Of a stretch of 5,660 nucleotides of DNA, positions 5,322 to 5,660 are shown in pieces. The notes under the pieces are model-generated. The model saw only the letters and a program-made list of their open reading frames with translations, was not told where the DNA came from and searched no databases. Both the position numbers and the translations under genes were made by a program. Position 1 is the first letter of the stretch; each line of letters opens with the position of its first letter. Origin of the DNA: a virus; IMG/VR virus record IMGVR_UViG_3300045988_000102, positions 1-5,660 of that record. The stretch is one strand, 5' to 3'.

Positions 5322-5546
5322 ATGATGAAATCATGGAACGTACGAGACCAGACCAGAGAAGCTCTTGAAGAGCTTCTAACACGCAAATACAAAGAGATAG
5401 ATGGCAACTACAGTATGATGAAAAAGGTCTCAAACATCAACGATGCAAAGAAGCTGCTAGATGAAATTTGGCAGATGAAGAGCTTTGCGAAAGCAATCGA
5501 AATAGAAATCATCAGAAGGGAGTACAGCGATGGCACAGCATCGTAA
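5322..5546 (+). CDS. Hypothetical 74-aa protein, charged and probably helical, no recognisable family
   Basis: SD AAAGGAG (5308..5314) lies 7 nt before the ATG. Same strand as, and packed against, its neighbours. The 3' end overlaps the J-like gene by 17 nt. Confidence 0.55.
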   Translation: MMKSWNVRDQTREALEELLTRKYKEIDGNYSMMKKVSNINDAKKLLDEIWQMKSFAKAIEIEIIRREYSDGTAS

Positions 5547-5652
5547 GAAGATGAACGGCGCAAAAGACCGCCGTATGTTCAACGTAACCGCACGCAAAAC
5601 CAAAACTATCAACCTCAGCCAAAAACCCATGCGTGGGGGCATCCGGCTGTAA
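5530..5652 (+). CDS. Small highly basic DNA-binding/packaging protein (phiX174 J / gokushovirus VP8 / SpV4 ORF8 analogue), 40 aa
   Basis: Hand translation gives MAQHRKKMNGAKDRRMFNVTARKTKTINLSQKPMRGGIRL, with 11 K/R against 1 acidic residue. SD AAGGGAG (5516..5522) lies 7 nt before the ATG. The C-terminal RGG-basic-hydrophobic ending resembles the SpV4 ORF8 tail as I recall it. Stop TAA at 5650..5652. Confidence 0.7.
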   Translation: MAQHRKKMNGAKDRRMFNVTARKTKTINLSQKPMRGGIRL

Positions 5653-5660
5653 AAAAAAAG
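5542..5660. repeat. Second copy of the terminal redundancy (identical to 1..119)
   Basis: Exact 119/119 identity read directly from the sequence. Confidence 0.95.

Noticed and set aside
531-5642. All minus-strand ORFs in the track: 531..722, 732..989, 853..1044, 1484..1714, 1536..1718, 2240..2431, 2292..2714, 2821..3111, 2838..3047, 3759..3977, 4052..4405, 4451..4783, 5227..5433, 5457..5642
   Set aside because: Each is antisense to a strongly supported + strand gene or to the repeat-rich intergenic region. Their products are F/L/C/R-rich low-complexity strings, as expected from reading the complement of an A-rich strand. None has a convincing SD, and Microviridae transcribe a single strand.

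Overview
The window is one complete, circularly permuted ssDNA phage genome of the family Microviridae, with Gokushovirinae-like gene content and order. Bases 1..119 are identical to 5542..5660, so the unit genome is 5541 nt and the window overruns the circle by 119 nt. All supportable genes lie on the + strand and are tightly packed. Going round the circle they are: a small basic J/VP8-like DNA-binding protein (5530..5652, spanning the junction, too short for the ORF track), a VP5-like protein (130..369), a VP3-like internal scaffold (362..772), major capsid VP1 (769..2463), pilot/minor capsid VP2 (2504..3349) and the HUH rolling-circle replication initiator VP4 (3350..4369). Between VP4 and the J-like gene sits an accessory segment of about 1.15 kb that the core gene set does not explain. 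It starts with a ~400-nt A-rich non-coding region holding a strong hairpin/terminator, eight same-orientation TGT(T/G)GAAA 9-mers (two match the relaxed DnaA-box consensus, three are perfect tandem copies) and an adjacent GC-rich structured island. A near-consensus sigma70-type promoter follows, then an LAS-fold zinc peptidase of the M15 type (a candidate peptidoglycan hydrolase) and two small orphan ORFs of 34 and 74 aa. Strong Shine-Dalgarno sites (AAGGAG, GGAGG, AGGTGA) precede most genes, which argues for an SD-using host rather than Bacteroidetes. All minus-strand ORFs in the track look like composition artefacts of an A-rich, T-poor coding strand. All family assignments come from motif recognition by eye, with no database search.
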